DNA from: Promethearchaeia archaeon
GTDB taxonomy: Archaea; Asgardarchaeota; Lokiarchaeia; Sigyniarchaeales; SOKP01
Assembly (NCBI GenBank): GCA_046483985.1
Contig: JAWOCD010000033.1
Location: 1-55,973, forward strand
Direction: 5' to 3'
DNA: 55,973 nucleotides
In this document: one piece after another, positions 1-10,311 of the stretch
Layout of the letters: every line of letters begins with the position of its first letter
Position numbering within the stretch: position 1 is the stretch's first letter
Program-made: the position numbers and the translations under genes
The notes under the pieces: model-generated
The model's input: only the letters and a program-made list of their open reading frames with translations
Told to the model about the DNA's origin: nothing
Database searches by the model: none

Positions 1-103
1 TTTCAATGTCAACACTCTAATTTCTCTAGTATAAAGTTTATATATTTTAAAATTCAAATTTATTGTAATATTAATTACTTTAATATAAATTTGAACTTTT
101 ATT

Positions 104-3100
104 ATGAAAATGAGATCTAAAAGAACATTACTTCTACTCATAATCTTTAGCGGTACAATTTTTCCGTTCTTCCTTATGCAAACGCCGGCAGCTTCGGCAA
201 GCTGGTTATCACAAGGAACAAAGGCATCCCTTGGACCAGTTGGCTTGTCTTGCTATGATCCAGCGATTGGAGTTGATTCAGACGGAGTTTTTCATTATGT
301 TTATACCCTGTATGTTCCAGAGAATAACTCATATGACATTGCTTATGGTAACAATTCTGAGGGAGTAGTTCAAGATTATAAAGAATTATCCTTAGGATAT
401 GCAACTAATAACACGAAGAGTGATCTCTCTATCGATAATAATAACATCTACGTGGTTTGGCAAGGAAAAAATACTTCTCTTTCCGGAGATGATTATGAAA
501 TCTATTATACGAACAACTCTGGAAATGCTTTAAAAGATAATGTAATTGACATCACCGATGATGAGGGGGAGTCCACAGACCCTTCAATTGTGGTGGTCAA
601 TGATTATGTATTTGTGAGTTACTATAATTCTACATCGGATGATATACGGATAAAAACAAATTTTGGCGAGAATACGCTAACTGGTTCTGCGATAGATCCC
701 ACTTCTGGTTCTGGTTGTTCGAATGGAACATTGTCTTTATGGAAAAGCCCGGATGCATCCGAATGGCGGGTCGATTTAGGATATATTAATTCCGACGGAA
801 CGATCAATAGGACATATATTAGCAACGGAACAACAGGAATTGAGGAAGATTTTACAGAGAATGAAGAAACCTATACTCAGCCAAATAGTGCAACAGATCT
901 CGCTATTGCATCAAATGAAAAGTTGGCAGCAATTAGCTATGTTGAAAATAATAATATTTTCATTACAAACTCTTCAGATGTCACACATAACAAACAAATA
1001 ACCTCTAACACATACGATGAGGGTAACCTTGACATAACTTTGAACGAAAATAACGTTACAGCGATTTATTTCGTAAGGAACAAATCTGCTGACAGTTCCG
1101 TTATCATGTCTACCAATAATTTAGCAAATTACTATAATCAATTGGAACCAATAATAAATAAAGACGTAGTACCCGATTCCGATGATGGATTACATATCTC
1201 TGGGTTTGATGTGGAATCATTTTCCGGAGAAGGGACCTTCATAATGTACGATGCTTCCGTATCGGATGGAAGCGATTATGGGAATTTTGTCTTATACTAT
1301 AACAGTTGGACAAGTCTCTATAATGACGGTTCTGGGAGTTATAGCAATTATGAAATTTATGAAAACTTGCAAGGGAATATAAAGAACACGGGATTTTTAA
1401 TAGAAGGACTTCAATTCTCCTACAACACCAGTTCGGAAACTTCATTTGATTTGAAAATTAGATTAGAGGATACCGTTACTAATGTAACTTGGGAGAATAC
1501 GACGACAATAGACGGAAATGGAGGGAAAGACTATAATATCACCGTATTTCAGCCTGGAGATTATTTTATTGCCAGAAATCCCGTAATTTTATACCTGGAA
1601 AATGCCTCAAATCAACAAGATTTAATTAAATTTGAATTAGATCCAACTCAGTTTTCAGAAGATGAGATAAATACTACCTCTAATACTGAAAATGAAACCC
1701 TTCCCTATTACATGTATCAAATATCAAATGAAGGTTTTGAGGGAACTCTCTTTTTTTATGATCTAGAAGATTATGCTGGTTTGGATTCTTTAATATGGCA
1801 ACGTGACGATGATGCCGCAAACGGTATTTCTACAGGGGAATTTCACCCTTATAGGCATGTAGATATGTATAAGTTCCGCATGGACGCGGGAGAGCGATAT
1901 AATATGAGTTTAACTGCCGATGGAACTGGAAGTGAGAATTGTCGTCTCATGATATTTAACTCGACCACTCAGATAACCAGTCCAGATAATGCCTTATTTA
2001 ATAGAAATACTTCATCAAATAATGGAACATATTTCACTCTAGATAACAACGAAGGAGAAAAAGATTATTACGTTGTAATTGAGAATCTTCAATACGGAGC
2101 TACTTATGATTATTCATTTGAACATCACCTATGTCCAATGACTGCGGATCTGCTCTCGCCTACAAATCTCACTTATACCAAGGAATCAGAAATGGAATTT
2201 TCGTGGGACGTGAACCCTAATGAGGGAGGGGTAGTAGAGCCAGATTCTGAAGATCCGTATCTTTTTCAACTTTATGATTCTTCAATGAATCCAAAATGGA
2301 ATTCCGATGAAGATTTATCTGATCCTCTTAACGAGACCGAGAAATCGTTGAATCTTTCCCTAATCGATGAATTAGAATTGACTGATGGAGTTTACTATTG
2401 GAGTATAATAATTAAAGGAGAAAATGGTCATAATAGTAAAGAGATTTTTCATGAACTTCGATTGGATACTGAAGCTCCCGATAGACCAAATATGTACACT
2501 CCCGATACTTATTTCGAGATTCCACAATTTCAGGTAAACTGGACAGAGCCCTCTGATGGACCTTTTAACGTCTCCCATTACGAACTTTATCGGGGAAAAA
2601 CTTCGGATTTTTCTTGCACTCCTGATAAATTGATTAGCGTTGAAGATACCCTAACGAAGACATCTTACCGGGAACAAAATATGGATACCGAAGTATATTA
2701 TTATAAAGTAATTGCCGTTGATCACGTGGGACAGAAATCCGAACCTTCAGATGCGGGTCGTTATGTAGTGGCTATAGCAGGTTATCCAGATCCAGCAGGG
2801 CAAAATTTTAAAGTCTTAACTGGTAATCATTTAGAATATCAATTTGTTGATGTATACGATAAAGATACTAAAGACCCAAGCGAATTATTTGCAGAGTTCA
2901 ATGGAAGAAATTATCAGATTAATTCATACATTCATTTCTGGTTATCATCTGTGTCTTCAGATGCAGTAATTCCAGTAAGAGGAAATCTTTACAAACGGGA
3001 ATCAACTACAACAGCAGAACAAGCTGGCACGGGTTTTGAATTAGTTGGGAAAGAAGTAGATACTTTTCCGCTGGTGACGTCACCAGATACAGAGTATCAA

Positions 3101-3496
3101 AAAGTGGTATTTGACGTTTTTCTAGCTCGAAATTTTGAAGGGAAATCCTTTAATTACGAAATGAAGGACACTAAATATTTCGATACGTTTCAAGCAGTTG
3201 ACGTGGTGGTTCATTCCTATTCAACAAATATAGACTATAACCAAGAGAAAATGTCTGATATTAATTTTGAATACGACTCTGCAATTTTTGTGGTCGATAA
3301 GAATACTGGAGTGTTAATTGAATTAACCATTTACAACAGCAAGGACGACAAGGGTTATGCGCTTAAATTAACTGATACGAATATTCCCTTAACGACGTTT
3401 AATTTTATATGGATTCCGTTTATCATTGTCGGTATTTTAGGAATAGTAGCAGCAATAATAAACCAAATTGTTAAAAGAATGGAGAGGAGGTTATAA
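104..3496 (+). CDS. Large secreted, C-terminally membrane-anchored surface glycoprotein with fibronectin type III domain
   Basis: Basic+hydrophobic N-terminal signal; many N-x-S/T sequons; Fn3-like segment (VNWTEPSDG...SHYELYRG...YYYKVIAVD..G.KSEPS); C-terminal TM helix followed by basic tail. Confidence 0.75.
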   Translation: MKMRSKRTLLLLIIFSGTIFPFFLMQTPAASASWLSQGTKASLGPVGLSCYDPAIGVDSDGVFHYVYTLYVPENNSYDIAYGNNSEGVVQDYKELSLGYATNNTKSDLSIDNNNIYVVWQGKNTSLSGDDYEIYYTNNSGNALKDNVIDITDDEGESTDPSIVVVNDYVFVSYYNSTSDDIRIKTNFGENTLTGSAIDPTSGSGCSNGTLSLWKSPDASEWRVDLGYINSDGTINRTYISNGTTGIEEDFTENEETYTQPNSATDLAIASNEKLAAISYVENNNIFITNSSDVTHNKQITSNTYDEGNLDITLNENNVTAIYFVRNKSADSSVIMSTNNLANYYNQLEPIINKDVVPDSDDGLHISGFDVESFSGEGTFIMYDASVSDGSDYGNFVLYYNSWTSLYNDGSGSYSNYEIYENLQGNIKNTGFLIEGLQFSYNTSSETSFDLKIRLEDTVTNVTWENTTTIDGNGGKDYNITVFQPGDYFIARNPVILYLENASNQQDLIKFELDPTQFSEDEINTTSNTENETLPYYMYQISNEGFEGTLFFYDLEDYAGLDSLIWQRDDDAANGISTGEFHPYRHVDMYKFRMDAGERYNMSLTADGTGSENCRLMIFNSTTQITSPDNALFNRNTSSNNGTYFTLDNNEGEKDYYVVIENLQYGATYDYSFEHHLCPMTADLLSPTNLTYTKESEMEFSWDVNPNEGGVVEPDSEDPYLFQLYDSSMNPKWNSDEDLSDPLNETEKSLNLSLIDELELTDGVYYWSIIIKGENGHNSKEIFHELRLDTEAPDRPNMYTPDTYFEIPQFQVNWTEPSDGPFNVSHYELYRGKTSDFSCTPDKLISVEDTLTKTSYREQNMDTEVYYYKVIAVDHVGQKSEPSDAGRYVVAIAGYPDPAGQNFKVLTGNHLEYQFVDVYDKDTKDPSELFAEFNGRNYQINSYIHFWLSSVSSDAVIPVRGNLYKRESTTTAEQAGTGFELVGKEVDTFPLVTSPDTEYQKVVFDVFLARNFEGKSFNYEMKDTKYFDTFQAVDVVVHSYSTNIDYNQEKMSDINFEYDSAIFVVDKNTGVLIELTIYNSKDDKGYALKLTDTNIPLTTFNFIWIPFIIVGILGIVAAIINQIVKRMERRL

Positions 3497-3498
3497 GC

Positions 3499-4299
3499 AT
3501 GAAACGGAATAAAAAGGTTTGGATATCCTTGATTTTTACTGTGACATTTTTGATTGGTAACGGATTATCTATGTTTGTGTTTGCGGAAGAACCTCCCACT
3601 TATGAATATACTCATCAAGGAGATTCCGAAACCCCCGTAGTAGTTGATGATTTGAAAGGCAAGACATTAACTTGGAAAATCATAAATGCATCAGGAGTAT
3701 TTGCAGACGAAGACTTACAACCCGGTACACTAATTCGTTATAAAGTAGATACGATAGATACAGAAAATGAATACTATAAGGTAAAAGTCGCGAAGAAATT
3801 CTGGGGAGATACAGAATTCAGTAATTATTCAAGCGCAAACGCAACATTCTCAACAGAGTTACCGTATCTTCTGTATAAAAGGGATTGGGGTCAACTGGCA
3901 GGGTATTTTGTAGAAGAAGATTCAAGTTTCTGGGGAGATAAAGAACGGATTCATAATAGTTACCTTGCCGAATATGAAACGGAATGGTGGGAATGGAAAT
4001 TGTTGAATTCCGTAACCGTTAGCTTTGAAATGAATGAAACAAACTATGATAGGATAAAATATACGCGTGGCGAAGGACTCCTACTAGAACGAAAAGCAGT
4101 GGTTAACGCAGCAGACGGAGAGGTCAAAGGATATTTATATATCAAATTAGACTCGTATTCAGGAGCGCTTATCCTCTCACCGTGGTTTTATATCATAGTT
4201 ATCTCAATTATTATTGGATTAATTGCTGTAGTTATAATAGTCGTTTCATTAATTATCCAGAAACGAAAACAGCAATACCGAGAGATAGAACGACTCTAA
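3499..4299 (+). CDS. Secreted/membrane-anchored hypothetical protein, co-transcribed with upstream surface protein
   Basis: Starts 2 nt after previous stop; signal peptide; C-terminal TM helix + basic tail. Confidence 0.7.
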   Translation: MKRNKKVWISLIFTVTFLIGNGLSMFVFAEEPPTYEYTHQGDSETPVVVDDLKGKTLTWKIINASGVFADEDLQPGTLIRYKVDTIDTENEYYKVKVAKKFWGDTEFSNYSSANATFSTELPYLLYKRDWGQLAGYFVEEDSSFWGDKERIHNSYLAEYETEWWEWKLLNSVTVSFEMNETNYDRIKYTRGEGLLLERKAVVNAADGEVKGYLYIKLDSYSGALILSPWFYIIVISIIIGLIAVVIIVVSLIIQKRKQQYREIERL

Positions 4300-4508
4300 G
4301 ACTTAAGTTGCAAAAACAAAATTATTTATTTATTTATTTTCCTTTTTCTCATTTTTTTCGCAGATCGTTAAATTAGATTATGGTATATTGCTTTGGTTTC
4401 AAATGATTACCAGATTAATCCAAATAACAGTCATCTTCGCATTTTCCATGGTGTTCTTAATGCCCGTCGAATTTGCCGGAACTCTAGTGGAAAATTTTTT
4501 TTATAAAG

Positions 4509-4532
4509 CGTTATAAAAACTAATACATAACA
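4509..4532. promoter_or_regulatory. ModE-like operator (CGTTATAA-N7-TACATAACA) upstream of aor
   Basis: Dyad GTTAT...ATAAC with the spacing of ModE boxes, directly upstream of a TATA-like TTTTAAAA and a W/Mo-pterin enzyme. Confidence 0.5.
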
Positions 4533-4599
4533 AGGTTTTAAAAACGATAATTGAATAATATGAAATTGAAAATTAAACAATATAGAGGATGATATTATT

Positions 4600-6333
4600 A
4601 TGCCAAAAAAAATGTTAAGAGTAAATATGGAAACTCTCAATGTTAGTTGGGAAGATTTTCCTGAAAAATATGCAGCATTAGGGGGACGTGGTCTCACTTC
4701 TACAATTATCAGCGAAGAAGTCCCTCCAACGTGTAATCCCTTAGGGAGTCATAATAAGTTAATTTTAGCTCCTGGAATTGTTACGGGGACTAAGGCACCA
4801 AGTTCTGGACGGATTTCTGTAGGCGGGATGTCTCCCTTAACGGGAGGGATAAAGGAAGCAAACGCTGGTACTATTTTCGGGCAAATGTTGGGGAGAATGC
4901 GGATAGCAGCTATAATAATCGAAGGGAAAAACAAGACGGATGATTTCTATCTTTTAAAAGTGAGGGATAAGAATGCAGAGTTAATTAAAGCAAATAAATG
5001 GTCAGGAATTGGGCTTTATAAGGCATATAAACAGATTTTTAAAAAATTTGGAGATAAAGTAGGGGTTTGCGGAGTAGGAATTGCCGCAGAAATGTTAGGT
5101 GCAAATTCTGGTTTATCATTTAATGATCCAGAAGGTTTACCGAGTCGGTATGCTGGAAGAGGAGGACTTGGAGCCGTTATGGCATCAAAAGGTTTAAAAT
5201 TTATAGTTGTAGATGAATCAAACGCGCCGGGCGTGGAGATTAAGAATAAGGAGGCTTTTAATACAGGTATAAAAAAATTAGGGGATGCTATGAAAGAACA
5301 TGATGTAACAAAACCACATGGAGCACTAAATTCATATGGAACCAATGTTTTAATAAATCTCATTAATGAAGCTAATGGATTACCTCAATGTAATTTCTCC
5401 TCAGGAAAAAGTGAAAAAGCGTCTCAAGTTTCTGGAGAAGCAAAAGCAGAGGCAATAAAAGAAAGAGGAGGAACCCGTCCTCATGGTTGCCATCCTGGTT
5501 GTATAATGCAGTGTTCTGAAATCTGGACTAAAAAAGGAGGAAAAGATCCCGTAGGTGTATTGGAATATGAATCTGTTTGGGCATTAGGTCCTAATTGTGG
5601 AATCTATGATCTTGATATCATTGGGGAACTAAACAGAGCATGTAATGACTTGGGAATGGATACAATTGAAACGGGGAATACTATTGCTGTAGCCATGGAT
5701 GGAGGTGTTGCTGAATTTGGAGATGGAAAAAAAGCATTGAAATTAATGAAAGAAGTTCGCAAAGGAACACCATTAGGAAAAATTATTGCAAATGGGACTG
5801 AATTTATGGGAAAGGCTTTTGGAGTGACCAGAATTCCTGTTGTAAAGCATCAAGCATTACCAGCTTATGATCCAAGGGCTATTAAGGGTATTGGAGTAAC
5901 CTATGCAACAACCCCTATGGGAGCAGATCATACTGCTGGATATGCCATCACAGCAGAAATTATGGGAGTCGGTGAAGAAGCTGACCCTTTAGATATAAAT
6001 AAGGCAGAATTATCCCGCAATTTGCAGGCAGCAACTGCGGTTATTGACTCTACAGGTTATTGCCTTTTCACCGCTTTCGCAGTACTTGATATTCCAGAAG
6101 GATTGGAGGGAATGGTTGAATCTGTCAATGGTGTATTAGGAGCTAATCTTACTGTGGATGATATTTCTGATATCGGTATGGATATTTTAAGAACTGAACG
6201 CAAATTTAATAAAGCTGCCGGATTCACAAAAGAGGATGATAGATTACCAGAATTCTTCCTAGAAGAGAAGTTTCCTCCCTCTGGAGAAGTATTTGACGTT
6301 CCAGATGAAGAATTGGATAAAGTCTTTGAATAA
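4600..6333 (+). CDS. aor: Aldehyde:ferredoxin oxidoreductase (tungstopterin, AOR family)
   Basis: LGGRGL, SPLTGGIKEANAG, AGRGGLGAVMASKGLK, CxxGCxxxC, EYES, GMDTIETG, YDPRAIKG, GADH motifs. Confidence 0.95.
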   Translation: MPKKMLRVNMETLNVSWEDFPEKYAALGGRGLTSTIISEEVPPTCNPLGSHNKLILAPGIVTGTKAPSSGRISVGGMSPLTGGIKEANAGTIFGQMLGRMRIAAIIIEGKNKTDDFYLLKVRDKNAELIKANKWSGIGLYKAYKQIFKKFGDKVGVCGVGIAAEMLGANSGLSFNDPEGLPSRYAGRGGLGAVMASKGLKFIVVDESNAPGVEIKNKEAFNTGIKKLGDAMKEHDVTKPHGALNSYGTNVLINLINEANGLPQCNFSSGKSEKASQVSGEAKAEAIKERGGTRPHGCHPGCIMQCSEIWTKKGGKDPVGVLEYESVWALGPNCGIYDLDIIGELNRACNDLGMDTIETGNTIAVAMDGGVAEFGDGKKALKLMKEVRKGTPLGKIIANGTEFMGKAFGVTRIPVVKHQALPAYDPRAIKGIGVTYATTPMGADHTAGYAITAEIMGVGEEADPLDINKAELSRNLQAATAVIDSTGYCLFTAFAVLDIPEGLEGMVESVNGVLGANLTVDDISDIGMDILRTERKFNKAAGFTKEDDRLPEFFLEEKFPPSGEVFDVPDEELDKVFE

Positions 6334-6340
6334 GAGAAAA

Positions 6341-6631
6341 ATGTCTATTAATGTTAAAATGTTTGGAGACTTGAAAGAGAAAGTGACCCACCCAGACCCT
6401 GGTGCAGGGATTCCAATTAAGTTAAAGATTGACAAAAAGAATGTTTTTACCGTAGGTGACGTCTTTCAACAAGTGAATATAAAGAAGGAAGATGTAAGCC
6501 ATATTTTCGTTAATGGGACTTATTCTGGATTTAAAAAAAATGTTAAAAATGGAGATTTAGTATCCATATTTCCAAAAAATATGGGATTACTATATAAATG
6601 GTATTTTAAGAAAGAGGAAGATGACGGTTGA
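6341..6631 (+). CDS. MoaD/ThiS-family ubiquitin-like protein lacking the C-terminal Gly-Gly
   Basis: INVKMFGDL...IFVNG...NGDLVSIFP beta-grasp pattern; ATG at 6341, 7 nt after the aor stop, preferred over the TTG at 6293. Confidence 0.75.
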   Translation: MSINVKMFGDLKEKVTHPDPGAGIPIKLKIDKKNVFTVGDVFQQVNIKKEDVSHIFVNGTYSGFKKNVKNGDLVSIFPKNMGLLYKWYFKKEEDDG

Positions 6632-6869
6632 AGACAAAATAACAGTAACCGTAAAACTTTTTGCATCCCTTCAGAAATTTGGAGCAAATAAATCTAAAGT
6701 TACAATAGCTCGTGGGAGTAAAGTTAAAGACATTTTAAATAAATTCGATATTCCCTATGAGGAAATCAATCTAATCATAATGATTAATGGAAAACCTCAT
6801 CAAACTGGAAAGACAACCATACAAAATGGAGATATTATTTCCCTTTTTCCACCTCTTGGCGGCGGTTAA
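6621..6869 (+). CDS. moaD: MoaD/ThiS/SAMP-family sulfur carrier / ubiquitin-like protein
   Basis: VTVKLFASL...INGK...GDIISLFPPLGGG with C-terminal GG; next to aor. Confidence 0.85.
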   Translation: MTVEDKITVTVKLFASLQKFGANKSKVTIARGSKVKDILNKFDIPYEEINLIIMINGKPHQTGKTTIQNGDIISLFPPLGGG

Positions 6870-6981
6870 TTATTACCTAAAATTTCAATTTTTTTTATTT
6901 AATTCTATTAACTTTTTTTCCGATATTCGTTTGATTCTACAATTTAGAGTCAAAGAAAGAATACATCAAGAATTCATTAAA

Positions 6982-6995
6982 CTTGTTAAGTTAAA
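6982..6995 (+). promoter_or_regulatory. Candidate operator CTTGTTAAGTTAAA, repeated at 10227-10240
   Basis: Identical 14-mer 97 nt upstream of herA and 85 nt upstream of the second nurA; TTGTT-N6-AACAA dyad here. Confidence 0.4.
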
Positions 6996-7078
6996 CAATT
7001 TTAAAAGATAAGAATGATATTAAACTTGTAAATAAAAATTTGGAATAATATTAGAGCACTAGAATAAGGTGAATAATT

Positions 7079-8833
7079 ATGATTATTAACATCAATTCTA
7101 TCGAATCAACGATCGAAATATTTTATGAAAATTACGTACATATTCACGGTTTCTTAAAACTCATTGATGATTCAGAAACGAGAAAAGTGATAATAGTTGT
7201 CCAAGTCCATGATGAAAAGACAATTAGCGATTACATCACGACCAGACAAAAATTACGTAACGTGAAAATGACGGATTATATTAAAGCAGAACTAGAATCC
7301 GAATTGCAATACGTTATTCAAGGTCGCCCAATTCTTTGTGTTGTACAAGATTTAGATAAGCAAGGAAACATCGTAAAAGAAGAAGTTTATGATAGAAATG
7401 TTTTCTTTAAAATTGAGGATCTTATGCAAAAAGGAGAGTTAAAGCCCCATACAATGGAAGTTCCTGATAATCAGAGAGATAAAGCAAAGTTTTTGGAACA
7501 CATATTTAAACCGAATGGTCTTTTTATGGGAAATCTATCTTCTGAAGAGTCTGTGGATGTATATTTCCCAGCAGAGTATTTAATGTATCATTTCTTCATT
7601 GCAGGAGCAACTGGGGCGGGAAAATCAAATTTGAATCAAGTAATCATTGATGGTTTAATCCAACATAATGCAAATGTGCTTTTAGATGGAAAGGGAACTA
7701 AAATCTCCATGCTTGCCATCGATATGCACGATGAATATGCCAATGGCTGTGTAGAATACGGAGTTCATGATATTTGTAAAGAAGTCCAATTTAATAAAGA
7801 ATTAATGGGAGATTGGTACTATTTATACCCCAATAAAGGAGTTCCGCCAGCAAACTTGACGAGTTTAGCTCAACCATGTATTATCAATTATCAAGAAATA
7901 AAGCCCGAAGATCTCTTTGCCACTGGCTCCTTTAACGAACTTCAAGCTTCTGTAGTTTATTCCGCTTATAATACTGATCCCGATAATTACATTGATAATT
8001 TAACAAGTAGTAATTGCGATCCACCAGGTGGACATAATAAAAAGACGATTGCCGCTGTTCAGCGTCGGCTCCATTGGCTTGAGTATTCCAATATGTTTCA
8101 ATCCCACGCGTCTTCAAAATTAAGCAAGATAGTTAAAAAATTAGAATCGGGAGGGCTAATAATCTTTAATGTATCAATGATTTCGGATTTAGAACAGTTT
8201 CTTTTCAACAGTGTATTGGCTCGGACTTTATTTGATATCCGAAAGACTCTCAAATCAACTTCTGAATTTCCAAGTTTTAAGGCAAAGCTTGAGCGAACTC
8301 TCCCCAACGGATTTTTCCAAAATTATGAATCGGAACTGAAGAATATTTATATTAAATCAGGCAAGGAAATCAAGGATCCCACAGATATGCCCATTATTAT
8401 CTTTACCATCGAAGAGGCGCCAACCATCTTGAGGCCAGAAATGATGCGATTCAATAACGTGTTTAAAGACATTTCTCGACAGGGAAGGAAATTCAACTTG
8501 GCGCTTGAGGTAATTTCTCAGCAATACTCTCCCATTGATGATACTATACTCAGCAATATGAACACGGTGATAAATTTACCCATACGCTCCAATAAGGAGA
8601 AAACAGAGGCAGCACGGACATTAGGAGGCGGAATTGAATTATCCGATTTAGAATCCCTTACAGGTACACGGGGTATTGCCTTAATTTCGGGAATTTGGCT
8701 TACCACTTTTCAAAAGCTGAAAATCCCTCTTTATGATGAATATTTTGAACATGTGTCAAAAAAATTTTATCAAGACTTTAATCAAAAAATAAAGAGTCAA
8801 TCGGTAAGCCCCCCACCTACAAAACTCCCCTAA
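7079..8833 (+). CDS. herA: HerA/FtsK-family DNA translocase
   Basis: Walker A HFFIAGATGAGKS, IDMHDEY, Walker B IIFTIEEAP, Arg finger SRQGRKF, ISQQ; operon with nurA-like, mre11, rad50. Confidence 0.88.
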   Translation: MIININSIESTIEIFYENYVHIHGFLKLIDDSETRKVIIVVQVHDEKTISDYITTRQKLRNVKMTDYIKAELESELQYVIQGRPILCVVQDLDKQGNIVKEEVYDRNVFFKIEDLMQKGELKPHTMEVPDNQRDKAKFLEHIFKPNGLFMGNLSSEESVDVYFPAEYLMYHFFIAGATGAGKSNLNQVIIDGLIQHNANVLLDGKGTKISMLAIDMHDEYANGCVEYGVHDICKEVQFNKELMGDWYYLYPNKGVPPANLTSLAQPCIINYQEIKPEDLFATGSFNELQASVVYSAYNTDPDNYIDNLTSSNCDPPGGHNKKTIAAVQRRLHWLEYSNMFQSHASSKLSKIVKKLESGGLIIFNVSMISDLEQFLFNSVLARTLFDIRKTLKSTSEFPSFKAKLERTLPNGFFQNYESELKNIYIKSGKEIKDPTDMPIIIFTIEEAPTILRPEMMRFNNVFKDISRQGRKFNLALEVISQQYSPIDDTILSNMNTVINLPIRSNKEKTEAARTLGGGIELSDLESLTGTRGIALISGIWLTTFQKLKIPLYDEYFEHVSKKFYQDFNQKIKSQSVSPPPTKLP

Positions 8834-9027
8834 TCAATCTCCATTTTCTCATAACCTTTTCTTTTTATAAGAAATCAAAAAATCAGTAAATCGATAAAGT
8901 CCAATGCTATTAAAGCTGATTAACATAGGAATTATTAATTAATAGAAGATCATTAATTATTTTAAAATCTCAAGGTTTTTACATATAGTTGTTGATAAAA
9001 AGATTAATTAAATGAGGATATATTATT

Positions 9028-10215
9028 ATGGCTTTTAATTTCAAACTTATCTCATTGAAAAAATCCTTGAACGGGTTACCGGAGCATTCCGCGGAAGAGG
9101 AAATTCACGATTTGCTCAGAGAGAATCGAAACAATTGGGCTAATGAACAAGAACTAGATCAACCAGAAGATGGATTACATGAAGTACCTCCGCAAAAACT
9201 GGGACAAAATATGGAGGATATGGAATTGATTGATTTTTCTGGCAAAAAGCACCAATATATCAAAAAGGACTGTAAAATTATTGGCTTTGATGAAAGTTCG
9301 AAAACATGTTCGGGAACTTATTCAAAGCTATCTGTGTATAAGTTTGGGGAGGGGCAAATTGCCTATAAAAATGATAAATATGACAAAGATCTTACTATGT
9401 TTGAGCCCATGATTGCATATATCGAAGATGACGACCACAAATTAAAGATTTACAAATCAATTATTAAAAATTTCATTGCCACAATAAAGGATAACTTTTA
9501 TGTGAATCCCCTACAAGGGAGTATTGATCAGCTGGAAAAATGGTATAAATCTAAGTTTAAAAAAGAGTTAGAGGAAAGAATTGGAAATTCTGATTTTCGA
9601 CGCCCTTCAATCAAACATATTATCAACAGAATAAGGACTTCGGACGAAATCTTAAAATCACTTATTAGAATTCGGGATATTTCGAACTGGGGTAAAAAGA
9701 AAAATTGTATCTTTTTGGGAGATGGAATCCATATGTTCCAACACTTTGAATTCCCGCCCCAAAAATTTACTGAGTTCTTTAACAAGTTTATTAAAGAGTT
9801 TGACATTAAGTACTATAGTTTCAGTAAAGAGTGTAAATTAAGAGATAAAAAGGGGAAGTTTATTGTTCTGTATTGGAAAAAAAGGATCAAAAGCAGGGCG
9901 TTTTTGATTAAATTGCCTAAGAATTTGCATTTTTCGAACAGTCAAACGTTTATAGTTCGTCTGGTGGAAGGCGGTCCGGTTTTACGTTTTGATCTCCCTG
10001 AATTTTATTCCCTTTCAGATGCAATATCCATTCTCAAGAATCTGATTCCGTATTCACCCTACGGCTATCCATTAGCCTTAAGTGGAGCCCATAAAGCGAG
10101 CACTCTGTTACCCTCGGAGCAAAGAAAAGTAGATGGTAAATTCTTAAATTTGCAATATCAAAAATCCACAAAAAATAAGGCAAAAGTCAGTAGGGAAGGA
10201 GTTTTACCATATTAG
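9028..10215 (+). CDS. nurA: NurA-like nuclease (paralogue 1)
   Basis: GFDESS, DE in helix, FLGDG, and C-terminal GYPLALSGAH matching the NurA GYPxxLxxAH motif; context. Confidence 0.7.
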   Translation: MAFNFKLISLKKSLNGLPEHSAEEEIHDLLRENRNNWANEQELDQPEDGLHEVPPQKLGQNMEDMELIDFSGKKHQYIKKDCKIIGFDESSKTCSGTYSKLSVYKFGEGQIAYKNDKYDKDLTMFEPMIAYIEDDDHKLKIYKSIIKNFIATIKDNFYVNPLQGSIDQLEKWYKSKFKKELEERIGNSDFRRPSIKHIINRIRTSDEILKSLIRIRDISNWGKKKNCIFLGDGIHMFQHFEFPPQKFTEFFNKFIKEFDIKYYSFSKECKLRDKKGKFIVLYWKKRIKSRAFLIKLPKNLHFSNSQTFIVRLVEGGPVLRFDLPEFYSLSDAISILKNLIPYSPYGYPLALSGAHKASTLLPSEQRKVDGKFLNLQYQKSTKNKAKVSREGVLPY

Positions 10216-10311
10216 TGTTTGTTAATCTTGTTAAGTTAAATAAAATTAATAGACCGAATTTCTTTTAGTATAATATAATACAAAAAAATAATAAAAAAAA
10301 GGACATGAAAA

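Noticed and set aside
4481-4494. ACTCTAGTGGAAAA matching the tip of the IS left end
   Set aside because: No AAAG guide or hairpin at the expected spacing; at most a highly eroded relic.
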